Assembly (NCBI GenBank): GCA_965248265.1
Contig: CBDFJF010000002.1
Coordinates: forward strand, 3,776,001 to 3,840,000
Length of the DNA: 64,000 bases
Direction: 5' to 3'
DNA from: Candidatus Latescibacterota bacterium
GTDB taxonomy: Bacteria; Latescibacterota; UBA2968; UBA8231
Within the stretch, counting starts at the first letter, position 1. The number at the start of each line of letters is the position of its first letter. Below, one piece after another: positions 53,601 to 62,962 of this stretch. The position numbers were made by a program, and so were the translations under genes. The notes beneath the pieces are model-generated. The model ran no database searches. It saw only the letters and a program-made list of their open reading frames with translations, and had not been told where the DNA came from.

Positions 53601-54858
53601 AGGCGACGCTCGCGAGGCAGCGTTCCAGATCCTCAGCCGCATCTTTGACGATCATGCACAAGCTGATGGAGTGTGGCCCGCCAGCTTGTGAGTCAACGGC
53701 GGCTTCGTGCCGATCCAACCGCGCAAGGTTATCCGCCAGCACGGTATTGTCTGGCGCCAGCGCCAGGCCGCGCTCATAGCATGCTCTCGCAGCCTGCAGC
53801 TTGCGCTGGCGGGAAAGGATACTGCCCATGTTGTTGAACGCCTGATGCGACTGCGGAAAGCGCTCGGTGACAGTCCGGTAGACCTCGAGCGCCTCGTCCA
53901 AGTGCTGCATGCGATCGAGGAGGTCGCCGTGAACGAGGTGGACGAATTCTTCCTGCAGATACTCACTCTGACGTCGGGCCGTCCCCCGCTGCAGCGCGTC
54001 TACGACGAATTCGATCGTGCTCAATCCATCTTCGAACCGACCAGCGTCTCGATAGGCGATAGCCAGTTCATAGCGAGCAAGCAGATCGTCGGGGTGCAGC
54101 CGAACCTTGCGCTCGCCAGCTTCGAGATAGCGACTGCCCTCACGTGGACCATCCACGTAACCGTAGTGGTGTACGGGAACAAGACAGTCCGCGACGCTGG
54201 CGCCCGACCTGCTCAGGGACTCCTCGACGAGCTCGTGGACGACCCCTTCGAAAAATACCTGCGGGTTCCTACGCCACAGGCGCACCTTCGTGGTTGGAAA
54301 CCAGCCGCTGGCTCGGGCTTCCTGCTCCGCATGAGACCCGGCGCGTGCCGTCCAGCCGACGCGATCCTGTTGATCTGTGTAATTGCGGGTAGAAAAGCGA
54401 TAGGCGTCCGCGACGCCGCTGTGGATCAGACGGATGATATCACTGTGATCAGATGGTGCGATCACCTCGTCACAGTCGAGGACGAGGATCCATTCCCCGC
54501 TGGCTTCCAGTAAGGTCTTGTTGCGCGCTTCTGCGAAGTCGTCGTTCCACGGAACGGCGACCGATTTGATGTCCAGTTGCCTTGCACAATCGGGGGGGCG
54601 AACGTTGGTCGAGCTGCCCGTGCGGCCGACGACGACCTCATCCACCAGGCCGACTGCGCTGGTGAGACAACGACCGAGTTGATCCTCGTCGCCGTCGCCG
54701 GCGATCATGCACAACGACAGGAGTACCGATCGATCCACAGGTTGGATACCATGTGCCGCCAGCTCCGACCTCGAGGGTTGAGCTGAATTCGGCCGGCTCC
54801 CCCGTGCCTTACGCGAGTGGGGGTTGCTTTTTCTTTGCTTCTTCTTCTTCCCAGCCAC
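50683..54858 (-). CDS. Triple GT2-domain/TPR glycosyltransferase (probable flagellin glycosylation)
   Basis: Three SLCMI...DE(I/V)...W.D.F..RN..L..A.G.WI...D.D modules, each followed by TPRs. Start estimated at GTG 54858. Confidence 0.88.
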   Translation of the reverse strand: MAGKKKKQRKSNPHSRKARGSRPNSAQPSRSELAAHGIQPVDRSVLLSLCMIAGDGDEDQLGRCLTSAVGLVDEVVVGRTGSSTNVRPPDCARQLDIKSVAVPWNDDFAEARNKTLLEASGEWILVLDCDEVIAPSDHSDIIRLIHSGVADAYRFSTRNYTDQQDRVGWTARAGSHAEQEARASGWFPTTKVRLWRRNPQVFFEGVVHELVEESLSRSGASVADCLVPVHHYGYVDGPREGSRYLEAGERKVRLHPDDLLARYELAIAYRDAGRFEDGLSTIEFVVDALQRGTARRQSEYLQEEFVHLVHGDLLDRMQHLDEALEVYRTVTERFPQSHQAFNNMGSILSRQRKLQAARACYERGLALAPDNTVLADNLARLDRHEAAVDSQAGGPHSISLCMIVKDAAEDLERCLASVASAVDEIVVVDTGSTDSTIATARRHGARVAEVAWDDDFAAVRNESLAMATGEWILWMDADDYLLPADRDKVARVRRLKPDRALYFSLVNEGADRTSFRQIKMFPNNPEIRFERPVHETVLPAINRLGLATAVTDVEVKHTGYSDPASTRRKHEYYHGLMSAWLGSHPDDYDFRFRIGHTHYAERRFDQARAQFELILRAGEEAVQPHSVFVQAATFVGRCLLEEGKYSEAIPALESAVELDGESVLARLSLGDALTKSAQYQRALPHLQKALAGQADPHFPQDVSSIRYSAQFFIGQCHEASGRKADAVRAYQTAAALRPDRTEASAAAALLDGEASRLSLCMIVRNEEERLPQCLDSVRGLCDEIIVVDTGSSDGTVEVAKRYGATIGTFEWCDNFSLARNESLRLATGDWIMWLDADDLMPQEHHEQIRHLLSQGSDKGYFFVLDDRGYESVSCMQMRLFPNLNGVSFEMPIHEQVTPSLARLGVSTVPTDIKVVHTGYTTPEVVKEKKDRYLGIMERWLEVHPEDYLTRSHVALTYHTTGKLAEGAEQYRLIIEESTCEADHNLVVYTTALLFLGRSYLRMNELEKARDYIHRAEDVDDEYVLTKLSLAEVYTELGEPRRAVEYAEWILQREPQLTFFPIDQNELEYSALCLAGRGYQALGDFPKAEAVFIRAADMPINRRAEALGSLSEVHKAAGNRDRALQVLQSAVEIDANSAKHVFNIGMLHLEAAELTDAAAHFHRVLEIKPNYAPAILNLGYIAKQEERYEDAERLYQELIELDPGGIEARANLAHLYLDLERFEQAIEFFEKVRKLDPGLLDINLGLMLSQSAISGVDLELAQRTMASFGALSVDLRSSHATAESFIEFGAVLVREGQLKCAEMALIVAVNMVEKAGSGDIPVATGIKARRCLGEVYYARSLYWDAVRQYEAMLLADPRDGETFKRLGDCYARLGVDEAAKICYDRSVGPSLQ

Positions 54859-57800
54859 CGCATTGCTCGATAATCTGCGCAGCTCTCGCGTTTGCCGGAT
54901 CGATTTGCAGTATGCGCTCTGCGGTCTGCCGGGCGTTGGTTGCGGAGCCGTGCTTGACCTGTACATCGGTCAGTTGATGCAGCACCTCTACGTCCTCTGG
55001 CCGCAGCGTCAGGTAGTCCTCCAGTACCGTCACGGCCGCTTCCCACTGGCCAATCTGGGTATAGATGAGACTGATGTTGCATACCAGATCACGATTGGTA
55101 GGATCGACTCTCGATGCCTCTCCCAGTTCGCGCAGTGCCGCCTCGAAATCCTCACTCTCCCATTCCAGCACCGCCAGGTTGACGCGTGCCTCGACCAACT
55201 CGGGCTGCAAATCGAGAGCACGGCGAAAGTGCTCCCGCGCGGCCTCGGCGTTGCCGTCCTTGAAATGAACCAACCCGGCGTAGTTGTGTGACCATGACGA
55301 ATCCTGATCAAGGCTTACCAGGTGCTCTATGACGTCGATAGCTGCCGGCAACTCCCCCTCGTCCACGAGGCAATCCGTGAGTACGAGAAGGGCCTCTACC
55401 AGGTTTGGCTTGGCCTCTACTGACCGGCGATAGGCCAACAGTGACTCCTTCCGCTTTCCTGCCCGCCTCAATCGATCGCCCTCTTCGAGGAAACTCACGG
55501 CGAACCACTCACCATCATCTTCGGGCAGAACCGACGGCACTCCCGACTCCCCCAGATCGACATCCCAACCCTGCGTTCGCATACAGCGTGTGACATTTCC
55601 GATGACCGCCAGTCCAGCGAACGACTCATCGAATCCGCCGGTTGAGGCCAGTGCCTCGACTCTCATCAGCATCCCTCGCGAGATATCGGGGTAGTGAAAT
55701 TCGGAGCCCGTTACCACATGACCGGCCGAGGAGATCATTCCCATTTTCGGGTTGGCCGACAACCGAGAAGCCAGCTGACCCATCTCCTCCGCCGTGGGCG
55801 CCTGCGTGCCAACGATGGCGAGGAATTCGCGGTTCTGAGAACTGTTGCGAACCAACTCCAGTTGAGAACCCAGCGGATACTGGGTTCCGACCGTCAGTTC
55901 GAAGGCATCGACCGGGTCAGGCAGGTGGGTTAAGCGACTATGGTCTGAGCCACCGGCATCCCCAATCTTTAGAAACACCGTGGCGGTGCCTTCCCGGTGG
56001 CGGTCAGATGACTTCTGGACTGATGGCTCGGCCTCCCCGTGATCGTCTGACGGAAGTGATCCCTGCAACGGTTCCCGGTCATAAACGGCGGCTTCACCTG
56101 AAGCCTCGCCACCCCCCCCACCGAAATCGGCGAACAGCTGCTTCCCACCGGAGACACTGATCTCGCGCTGTTCCGGCATAGGTGCGAGCACTTCGGGTGA
56201 GCGAGGATGCGAACGATTTCCGGCTGTCCGGTTTGTCAGTACTTCGAGCGCCCGCGCCCCGGACTGCGCCCAGGTAAACCGACTGTGGATATGCTCGCTG
56301 GCTTTGGCCCCTCGGGCTGCTGCCTCGTTAGCGTTCTCGAAGACCGTCCTCATGTTTTGCTTCAGCACTTCGATATTGGGTTCGAGTAACCAGGCTTCGC
56401 CGGCCGTCTGCTCCTCAAAGTGGATCGACTTGCGCTGCGCCGGAATACCATAGACCAGTTCGGGCGGACAAAAATCATCGGTCGCACCACCAGCCGTGAC
56501 GATTACGGGCAAACCGCAGGCCATGGCCTCAGCCACAGGTAGCCCGAAACCCTCACCTCTGTAAGGGTGCACCAATGCGTCGGCGGCGGTGTAAAGCCCA
56601 GGAATTTCGATGCCTCGCAGATTGTCGCTTCGATAAACGATGTCGGCGCAATCGGGATCGGCTTGCAGTTGCTCGATCCGCTCCCTCGCATTTTGGTTGC
56701 GGTAGAAGGAATTAGCACCCATGTCCTTGATCACCAGGCACACATCCTCGGCTGGATCGAAGGCCTCGTAGTACGCCCGTAGCAGCAGGTCGATTCCCTT
56801 GCGGTACAGGGTCCCTCCAACGAACAGAAACTTGAAGCGCTTGTCCGTGTCGTAGGCGAATGGCTCAGCGTCATGGCGAAAACGAGCGGGGTCGACACCC
56901 AAAGGCACGATGGATACCATATCGGGATCGATACCGCTGTCGACGTAGCATTGTTTTACGCTGGAAGTGTACGCCCAGACTTCGTCCACGCTGCCGAGGA
57001 GCGGCTCCATCCAGCTTGCGGGCAAACGACCGAATTCCCACGGCTGCATGAGGATGAACCTGGATTCGTCGTGGGGACGCGAAAAATCAGGTGGCCAGCG
57101 ATGTTTTATATGGAAGTCGGCTTTGGGATAGGGTCGATCCATGCGCTGAGCCAATGGCCAGAAACGGGCGTCCTCTTCAACGCCAAACTCATCTGGTTCG
57201 AAGGATTGTAGCCCCAGGTCGCACCGCTCACTGGCCAATAGAGCCAATGTCATTTCGCGATTGACGTAGGCCAGGCTCGAGTGCAGCATAAACGAGCCTT
57301 CCCAGTTGATGGTCACTTGCTCCGAGACCACAGATTGTTCAGTAACCGAAACCTGTCGGGGTTCAGATGGCGAACTCTGGTCCCTTCCCAACCGTGGGAC
57401 AAACTGCCCCTGCGCATCAAAACGGTTCCCCCAGCGCTCGTGGAACAGGCCGAGATTCGCGGCAACATTCTCAAAGCGGCCCTCGGAAGCACCCTCGTGA
57501 TGTTCAACCACACTGTCCGGACAGTAGACAACCCGGTAACCTAGATCCCGCGCCCGCAAACACAGATCGACATCCTCTACTCCGTTGATGAAATCATCGT
57601 CGAATCCGCCGAGTTGCTCGAACAACGCCTTCCTGATCAGCAGGCAAGCCCCGGTGACCATGTCATAGTCGCACACTTCACTGACCCGCGGGTCATCTTC
57701 GTCGACACCCCGGTTCACGTGGTCGGGCACACCTTCTACCATGGCGATTCCGGCATGTTGAATCTTGCCAGAATCAGGGTAAACCAGCTTGGCGCCGACC

Positions 57801-58177
57801 ACGCCGATTTCCGTAGAGCTATCAGCCACTTGCACCAACGCTCCTAACCATCCTGGCCGGGGCACCGTGTCGTTGTTCAGGAACACCAAGTATTCGCCTC
57901 CCCCACCACCAGCTGCTCCGCCCTTGTTGCAGGCACGCGCGAAGCCCTCGTTCTGGTCGTTGTTGAGAACTTGAACATCCCCTTCCATGGCATGGAGAAG
58001 GTACATGGTCCAGTCGGTGGAGCCGTTGTCGACGACGACGACACCGTAGTCGGGGTCGTCACCCGTATTCTCGGCGATGGCGAAAAGACATTTCTCAGTC
58101 ATTTCCGCTTGATTGAACACGGGAACCACGATGGTGACCCTGGGCTTGCGGCTTCCTGCGCGTTGATCGCCACTCAT
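54809..58177 (-). CDS. GT2 + GT4 + TPR multidomain glycosyltransferase
   Basis: VVDNGSTD, FLNNDT and EDVDLCLRA (GT2); HPYRGEGFGLPVAEAMACGLPVI (GT4); C-terminal TPRs. Alternative start GTG 58285. Confidence 0.9.
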   Translation of the reverse strand: MSGDQRAGSRKPRVTIVVPVFNQAEMTEKCLFAIAENTGDDPDYGVVVVDNGSTDWTMYLLHAMEGDVQVLNNDQNEGFARACNKGGAAGGGGGEYLVFLNNDTVPRPGWLGALVQVADSSTEIGVVGAKLVYPDSGKIQHAGIAMVEGVPDHVNRGVDEDDPRVSEVCDYDMVTGACLLIRKALFEQLGGFDDDFINGVEDVDLCLRARDLGYRVVYCPDSVVEHHEGASEGRFENVAANLGLFHERWGNRFDAQGQFVPRLGRDQSSPSEPRQVSVTEQSVVSEQVTINWEGSFMLHSSLAYVNREMTLALLASERCDLGLQSFEPDEFGVEEDARFWPLAQRMDRPYPKADFHIKHRWPPDFSRPHDESRFILMQPWEFGRLPASWMEPLLGSVDEVWAYTSSVKQCYVDSGIDPDMVSIVPLGVDPARFRHDAEPFAYDTDKRFKFLFVGGTLYRKGIDLLLRAYYEAFDPAEDVCLVIKDMGANSFYRNQNARERIEQLQADPDCADIVYRSDNLRGIEIPGLYTAADALVHPYRGEGFGLPVAEAMACGLPVIVTAGGATDDFCPPELVYGIPAQRKSIHFEEQTAGEAWLLEPNIEVLKQNMRTVFENANEAAARGAKASEHIHSRFTWAQSGARALEVLTNRTAGNRSHPRSPEVLAPMPEQREISVSGGKQLFADFGGGGGEASGEAAVYDREPLQGSLPSDDHGEAEPSVQKSSDRHREGTATVFLKIGDAGGSDHSRLTHLPDPVDAFELTVGTQYPLGSQLELVRNSSQNREFLAIVGTQAPTAEEMGQLASRLSANPKMGMISSAGHVVTGSEFHYPDISRGMLMRVEALASTGGFDESFAGLAVIGNVTRCMRTQGWDVDLGESGVPSVLPEDDGEWFAVSFLEEGDRLRRAGKRKESLLAYRRSVEAKPNLVEALLVLTDCLVDEGELPAAIDVIEHLVSLDQDSSWSHNYAGLVHFKDGNAEAAREHFRRALDLQPELVEARVNLAVLEWESEDFEAALRELGEASRVDPTNRDLVCNISLIYTQIGQWEAAVTVLEDYLTLRPEDVEVLHQLTDVQVKHGSATNARQTAERILQIDPANARAAQIIEQCGGWEEEEAKKKQPPLA

Positions 58178-58505
58178 GGCCGTGCGACGACCGACCCGCG
58201 CGCCGGCATTGCAGGCCGACTCCACGGCTGACTGGATGCTGGGAAACTCGCGTCCCTGATCTTTTTCCTCAGTACTCCTGCTCACGCGTATTCTACCCTT
58301 TGAGTAAGGCGGATTACAACGATGCTCTCAGGTGGAACGTTTACCTGCGATCTCGATTCTGAATCGAGGTCAACGGCTCGGGATCGATGTCGACAAAGCG
58401 AGAACTGCGGGGTGAAAACTGCGGGGTTGTTGCGAGCTCTGGGGTCGTGGGTACCGCAACCCGTAGAGCTGAATGTGTCCGCCGATCAGAGACGCTTGGA
58501 CCGGT

Positions 58506-58739
58506 TTACTTCCCGGCCTTATAAGCTTGGCTGAGGACCTTCAGCTCTTCCTCGCCTGCCATGGCGGCCTGCTGATTCTCTTCCTTGATACGCTCGTACA
58601 CTTCTCCGCGATGCACCGGAATCTCAGGTGGGGCATCGATGCCAAGCCGAATCTGACGACCTTGCATCTCCAGGACCGTTATGCGGACCTGGCTTCCGAT
58701 GACGATGCTTTCTCCTGCCTTACGCGTCAACACCAGCAT
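58506..58739 (-). CDS. csrA: Carbon storage regulator (FliW-type, with N55 and C-terminal extension)
   Basis: MLVLTRKAGESIVIG...RLGIDAP...HRGEVYERIKEEN. Confidence 0.97.
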   Translation of the reverse strand: MLVLTRKAGESIVIGSQVRITVLEMQGRQIRLGIDAPPEIPVHRGEVYERIKEENQQAAMAGEEELKVLSQAYKAGK

Positions 58740-58881
58740 GTCGATCTTCCCTGATTATGTGCGCTCCGCATGGTACCGCGAAGCGCCGATTTTATTGAGC
58801 GTGAATAATCCTTGGTTTCTTACTTACCATCCACGCTGTGCGCCTGAAACTGCGCGCCCACCCGCCACCGTGTCCACGGCA

Positions 58882-59349
58882 CTAGGTGGATTGAGCCTGC
58901 TCTTTCTGAGCTGCCAATAATGAGTGTTTCGTGTTGTAGCGGTCATCGACGAGAATCATCTGCCTGGCCGTCATGGTTTTGGTATTGATCGCGATCGGGC
59001 CCTTCAGGTTTGCCGTTACCTTCTCCGCCGCCTGGCTCAACGTCACGATGCAATGAATTTCCAAATCGTCAGCCGTCTCGATGTCCAGCCCTTCCAGATC
59101 CTCGTGGCCGATTTGTGGATTATAGTCTGCCCAGATCAACATTGGATTGAGGATAACAAAACCAACTGCCGGTTCATCGATCGACAGCAGGCGCAGAAAC
59201 GGAGCCTCCTCTTCGACCGATACGAGTCCGAACTGTTTGCAACGCTCAAACCCGGGTACACCATCCGGAAAGGTCAAAATACTGCTGGCTTCGACCGTCA
59301 CCTCACCGAACTTGGCGTTCGCGAAAGTGACTTTGTCGGATTCACTCAT
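58882..59349 (-). CDS. fliW: Flagellar assembly factor / CsrA antagonist
   Basis: FGEVTV..ILTFPDGVPGFE and TANLKGPIAIN motifs; directly upstream of csrA. Confidence 0.93.
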   Translation of the reverse strand: MSESDKVTFANAKFGEVTVEASSILTFPDGVPGFERCKQFGLVSVEEEAPFLRLLSIDEPAVGFVILNPMLIWADYNPQIGHEDLEGLDIETADDLEIHCIVTLSQAAEKVTANLKGPIAINTKTMTARQMILVDDRYNTKHSLLAAQKEQAQST

Positions 59350-59458
59350 AGAGCCATCCCCTGTTCGCCCTGAAACGGGCACTGCGGTGGTCATGGATAC
59401 TAATACTACGTTCCGGGGAGTGTACGCCTTTGAGAGTGTTCGGCATGGCGGGGAGCGC

Positions 59459-60364
59459 CTAACCGATGAAATCCATCAAGGATTGCGGAATCACCGCACT
59501 GCCAGAAGCCAGCGCCGACTGAAACACATCCTGTTCCTGCTGCAAACTGACGATCGTCGAAGTGAGATCGACGTCTTCGTCTTCGGAAAGGACTCTGGTC
59601 ATTTCTACACCGATCCGATCGAGAACGTTTCTCGTCAATTCCATGCGGTTGACCCGCGCCCCGATGACACCACGCACGGAAGAAACCCTCTCTCGCATAT
59701 CACCAATCTGGGTGAGAGAGTCTCTGACGCTTTCGACCTCATTCTTCAGCAAGGCGTCGCGCAACTCGATCAACACGTCGAAGCTGTTCAGCGGCCCTTC
59801 GAACACGTCGCCGCCAGAAATATTAACCTGCGTCACTATACCATCGCTGATTTCGCGCTCGATGGTTCCTGCCGTCGAACCGCGATTGTCGATGCTGAGA
59901 ATGCGCCCGTCTTGATCACGGGTGGCAACGTATGGCGTTTCAGCAGTTTCCGTTCCCGCGAAGATAAAGCGTCCACGGTAGCGGGCCTCGCTCAAGCTTA
60001 TGGCGTGCTCGAGAAACTGATCGATCTGATCACCAACCGCTCTTCTCTGCTGTGAGTCATAGGTATCGCTGGCGCCCTGCACGGCCAAACCACGGGCCTC
60101 TACGAAGAGCGATTCCAATTCGTTCAGCGTCGCCTCCGAGAGTTCCAACCAACCGGAGCCGTCATCGATGTTTTTCTGAAACTGCTCCATGTTGCGCAAC
60201 TCCGATCTCAGAGCCAACGAACGCTCGGTGGCTGCAGGATCGTCGGAAATCGTGTTCAATCGAGTCCCGGACGATAACTCCTGCTGAAAACGGACGATGC
60301 GGCTGAACGATCTATCCAGGTTCTGAACGAGCGTATTGACGGCCATGCCCGTAGTGACTCGCAT
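59459..60364 (-). CDS. flgL: Hook-associated protein 3
   Basis: MRVTTGM...LSSGTRL..SDDP, FIFAGT, EDVDL...FQSAL...SLMDFI. Confidence 0.95.
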   Translation of the reverse strand: MRVTTGMAVNTLVQNLDRSFSRIVRFQQELSSGTRLNTISDDPAATERSLALRSELRNMEQFQKNIDDGSGWLELSEATLNELESLFVEARGLAVQGASDTYDSQQRRAVGDQIDQFLEHAISLSEARYRGRFIFAGTETAETPYVATRDQDGRILSIDNRGSTAGTIEREISDGIVTQVNISGGDVFEGPLNSFDVLIELRDALLKNEVESVRDSLTQIGDMRERVSSVRGVIGARVNRMELTRNVLDRIGVEMTRVLSEDEDVDLTSTIVSLQQEQDVFQSALASGSAVIPQSLMDFIG

Positions 60365-60501
60365 CCGCTCACACGCTCCTTTCGGGCCAAATATAACTGG
60401 AGGCTAATTTTCTGTCCATCATTAATCCAGACTTGAGGTTACGTCGATTTCAGGATCGCCTTAAGAGCGCTCGGAGAGCGCTCTTCCTGCTCCCCGACTC
60501 C

Positions 60502-61926
60502 TCAAAGGTTGATTGTCGTCTCCAACAGATCATCGATTATGGACACCGTACGCGCCGCCGCCTGGTAGGCTCGTTGAAACAAAATCAGCTGCGCGGCTTC
60601 ATCATTTAAGGAAACGCCCTGCACGCTCTGACGACGGTTCTCTATCTGTGTTGTGAAAAGGCGGTGATTGTCAGCCATGGTCTGAGCTTCCTTGCTTCGA
60701 GCTCCAACTTCTCCGAGCAACGTCGCGAAGAAGGCCTCGATGGTCTGGCTGCCATCGCCCAGCATTTGTTGATTGCGCAACCCGGCAATCGCCAGAGCCG
60801 TGCCGTTGTCTCCGCTGGCTCCATCCGCGGATGCGGCAATGTTGTTGAGATCATCGCGTATGGCCTGTGCCAGATCGATGCTGCTGGCGCTGGTCTTTGT
60901 GCTGTCAAAGAAATCGATGTTCGTGCTTCCGACAGCACCGGTGCCTGCCCGATGGGAGCGGTTTACTGCCTCCACCAGGGCGCTGGCGATCTCGTCCAGA
61001 CGACCCAGAAAGGCCGGGATGGTATTGTCGCGTACTTCAGTGATTCCGCGCAGTTTACCTTCCTGGATCTGGGCCAGGCTGCCGTCGTCCTCGAAGAAGA
61101 TGGTTGCTGTCGGGATTCCGTTCTGACTCAGCGGCCTCACGGCCAAATGGCTCACTTCGCTGGCCTGTACCAGGTTGTGACCGCTCAACAGCACCGAGAT
61201 CTGACCATTGGTCTGCTCGATGACGTTGATATCAACCCTGGATGCCAGGTCTTCGACAACCCGATCACGCCGGTCCAGCAGATCACCCTCGGTCCCTCCG
61301 TTGAACTGAGACTTCGGAATTTCGCCATTGAGGGCCGCCAGTTGATCCAACAATGCGTTGATCTCCTCCACTTCTCGAGTCACCTCATCGTCCAGGCCAA
61401 TTCGCGTGTCCCCGAGCTGACTGCTCAACTGGCGCAATGTGGTGACCAGGAAATCCCCTTCCTGCCGCACCGCCGCGCGGGCGGCGCCGCTTTCGGGGAC
61501 GTTGGCCACGTCCTGCCATGCATTCCAGAAACGACTCAGTGAGCCGCTCAAACCGAGTCCCGAGGGCTCGTTGAAGATGGTACCGGCTTCACTGGATCCG
61601 GCTCCCGCGGGTTCATTGAAAATCCCTTCTATGCCCGTAAGTGCCTCCTCCAATGCCTGCCAACGCCCCAACACCTGCGCCTCTACGCGAAACTGCGAAT
61701 CGAGGAAGTGACTTCGCTGGCGTGTGACCTCTACTGCGTCAGCGCCACTGCCGACGCCGCCCGGGATACCGGATTCGGCGTTCTCGATTTCGAGACGACG
61801 TCGCGAAAACCCGGGCGTGTTGGCGTTGGCAATGTTGTGGCTGGTGACCTGGAGTCCGGCCTGCTGCGCCTGCAGCGCCCTGCGGCCGATCTCGATCCCG
61901 TTCAGTGATGAGTTTACGAGTGCCAT
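60502..61926 (-). CDS. flgK: Hook-associated protein 1
   Basis: VTSHNIANANTPGFSRR, LLDRRD and GVSLNDEAAQLILFQRAYQAAAR motifs. Confidence 0.95.
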   Translation of the reverse strand: MALVNSSLNGIEIGRRALQAQQAGLQVTSHNIANANTPGFSRRRLEIENAESGIPGGVGSGADAVEVTRQRSHFLDSQFRVEAQVLGRWQALEEALTGIEGIFNEPAGAGSSEAGTIFNEPSGLGLSGSLSRFWNAWQDVANVPESGAARAAVRQEGDFLVTTLRQLSSQLGDTRIGLDDEVTREVEEINALLDQLAALNGEIPKSQFNGGTEGDLLDRRDRVVEDLASRVDINVIEQTNGQISVLLSGHNLVQASEVSHLAVRPLSQNGIPTATIFFEDDGSLAQIQEGKLRGITEVRDNTIPAFLGRLDEIASALVEAVNRSHRAGTGAVGSTNIDFFDSTKTSASSIDLAQAIRDDLNNIAASADGASGDNGTALAIAGLRNQQMLGDGSQTIEAFFATLLGEVGARSKEAQTMADNHRLFTTQIENRRQSVQGVSLNDEAAQLILFQRAYQAAARTVSIIDDLLETTINL

Positions 61927-61930
61927 GGTA

Positions 61931-62440
61931 TCAGGCCGTTCGATTCACGACGGATCGGGGGATCCCCTCACCCTTCTTGTTTTTGCCGAATTTCCCGTAC
62001 ATCCGGCGCTGCTCCGACTGCCCGGTCAGGATATCAAGGCAGCGATCGGTGTAGCGCATGGACTGACGAATCAGGAACGCGTTGTTCTCGTTCGTATCCC
62101 TGATCTTGCCGTTCAGGTCCAGCATCACCTCCCGCATTCGGGCAAGCTCTTCGCCCTCCTCGCCGCCATCCAACGCGTCGATGAGACAAGCGAGATCGGC
62201 CTTTTGGGGAGAGACGTTGAGAGCGCCTGAAAGCTCGCTCACCAGGGCCGTGCGGCGCGGTTCCAACTCTCGCCCGGCCATAACTGCGGCTTGCTTTCTT
62301 GCCGAGGCAGCCTCTATTGCTTCCAGATCATCGGCGACGAGGGCTCCCTGTTCCTGCTGCAGGGTCTCCAACAGATCGTTGAAGATTCTGACTTCGTCGT
62401 TGATGACTTCAATAAGTTTTACTATCAGTGCAGTGCTCAT
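61931..62440 (-). CDS. flgN: FlgK/FlgL export chaperone
   Basis: Helical protein with NENNAFLIRQSM...Y motif, located between flgJ and flgK. Confidence 0.8.
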   Translation of the reverse strand: MSTALIVKLIEVINDEVRIFNDLLETLQQEQGALVADDLEAIEAASARKQAAVMAGRELEPRRTALVSELSGALNVSPQKADLACLIDALDGGEEGEELARMREVMLDLNGKIRDTNENNAFLIRQSMRYTDRCLDILTGQSEQRRMYGKFGKNKKGEGIPRSVVNRTA

Positions 62441-62476
62441 GGTCTATTTCAGGTGGTTGTGGCTCAACTGACCGGG

Positions 62477-62962
62477 TCAGCGAGCATCCTTTAGTACAGT
62501 GCCAGGTGCAATTTGTAATCCACTGGATTGGAGGCTCCTCAACAGAGACGCCCCGTCTGCGAACTCCCCGCCCCCGGGAACCGAAGCTTCTTCCTCCAGG
62601 CCCATCTGCCGGCTCAGCTGGCGGTAGAGGATTTCGCTGAGCCCTCCGGGTCCGTTGGTGCCAGCCAGTTTCTTGCTCCACTCTTCGTCGAGCATGCCCT
62701 CGAATATCTGTTCACCATTGCTCTTGGGCATCATGGTGTTCTCGCCGATCGTCTGGCGCATCGCGGAGATCATCTGGTAGACGAAAATAGCCTCGAACTC
62801 CTTGCTGGCCGCCCGCAATCCTTCACGCATGGCCTCCTTCGACTGACCCGCTTTCATATCCAACCGTCCGTGCAGACGGGTGAGGTCCGCGGAGCCACGG
62901 TCGGCGCCCTTCATCAGCAGCGACTGATCTGCGATTGAGGAACTCATGGAGGGGAAGTTCAT
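62477..62962 (-). CDS. flgJ: Rod-binding protein FlgJ (no muramidase domain)
   Basis: LRAASKEFEAIFVYQMISAMRQT...FEGMLDEEWS...GLSEILYRQL. Confidence 0.88.
   Translation of the reverse strand: MNFPSMSSSIADQSLLMKGADRGSADLTRLHGRLDMKAGQSKEAMREGLRAASKEFEAIFVYQMISAMRQTIGENTMMPKSNGEQIFEGMLDEEWSKKLAGTNGPGGLSEILYRQLSRQMGLEEEASVPGGGEFADGASLLRSLQSSGLQIAPGTVLKDAR

Noticed and set aside
62477-62962. FlgJ truncation as a pseudogene
   Set aside because: Rod-binding-only FlgJ is common outside beta- and gammaproteobacteria.
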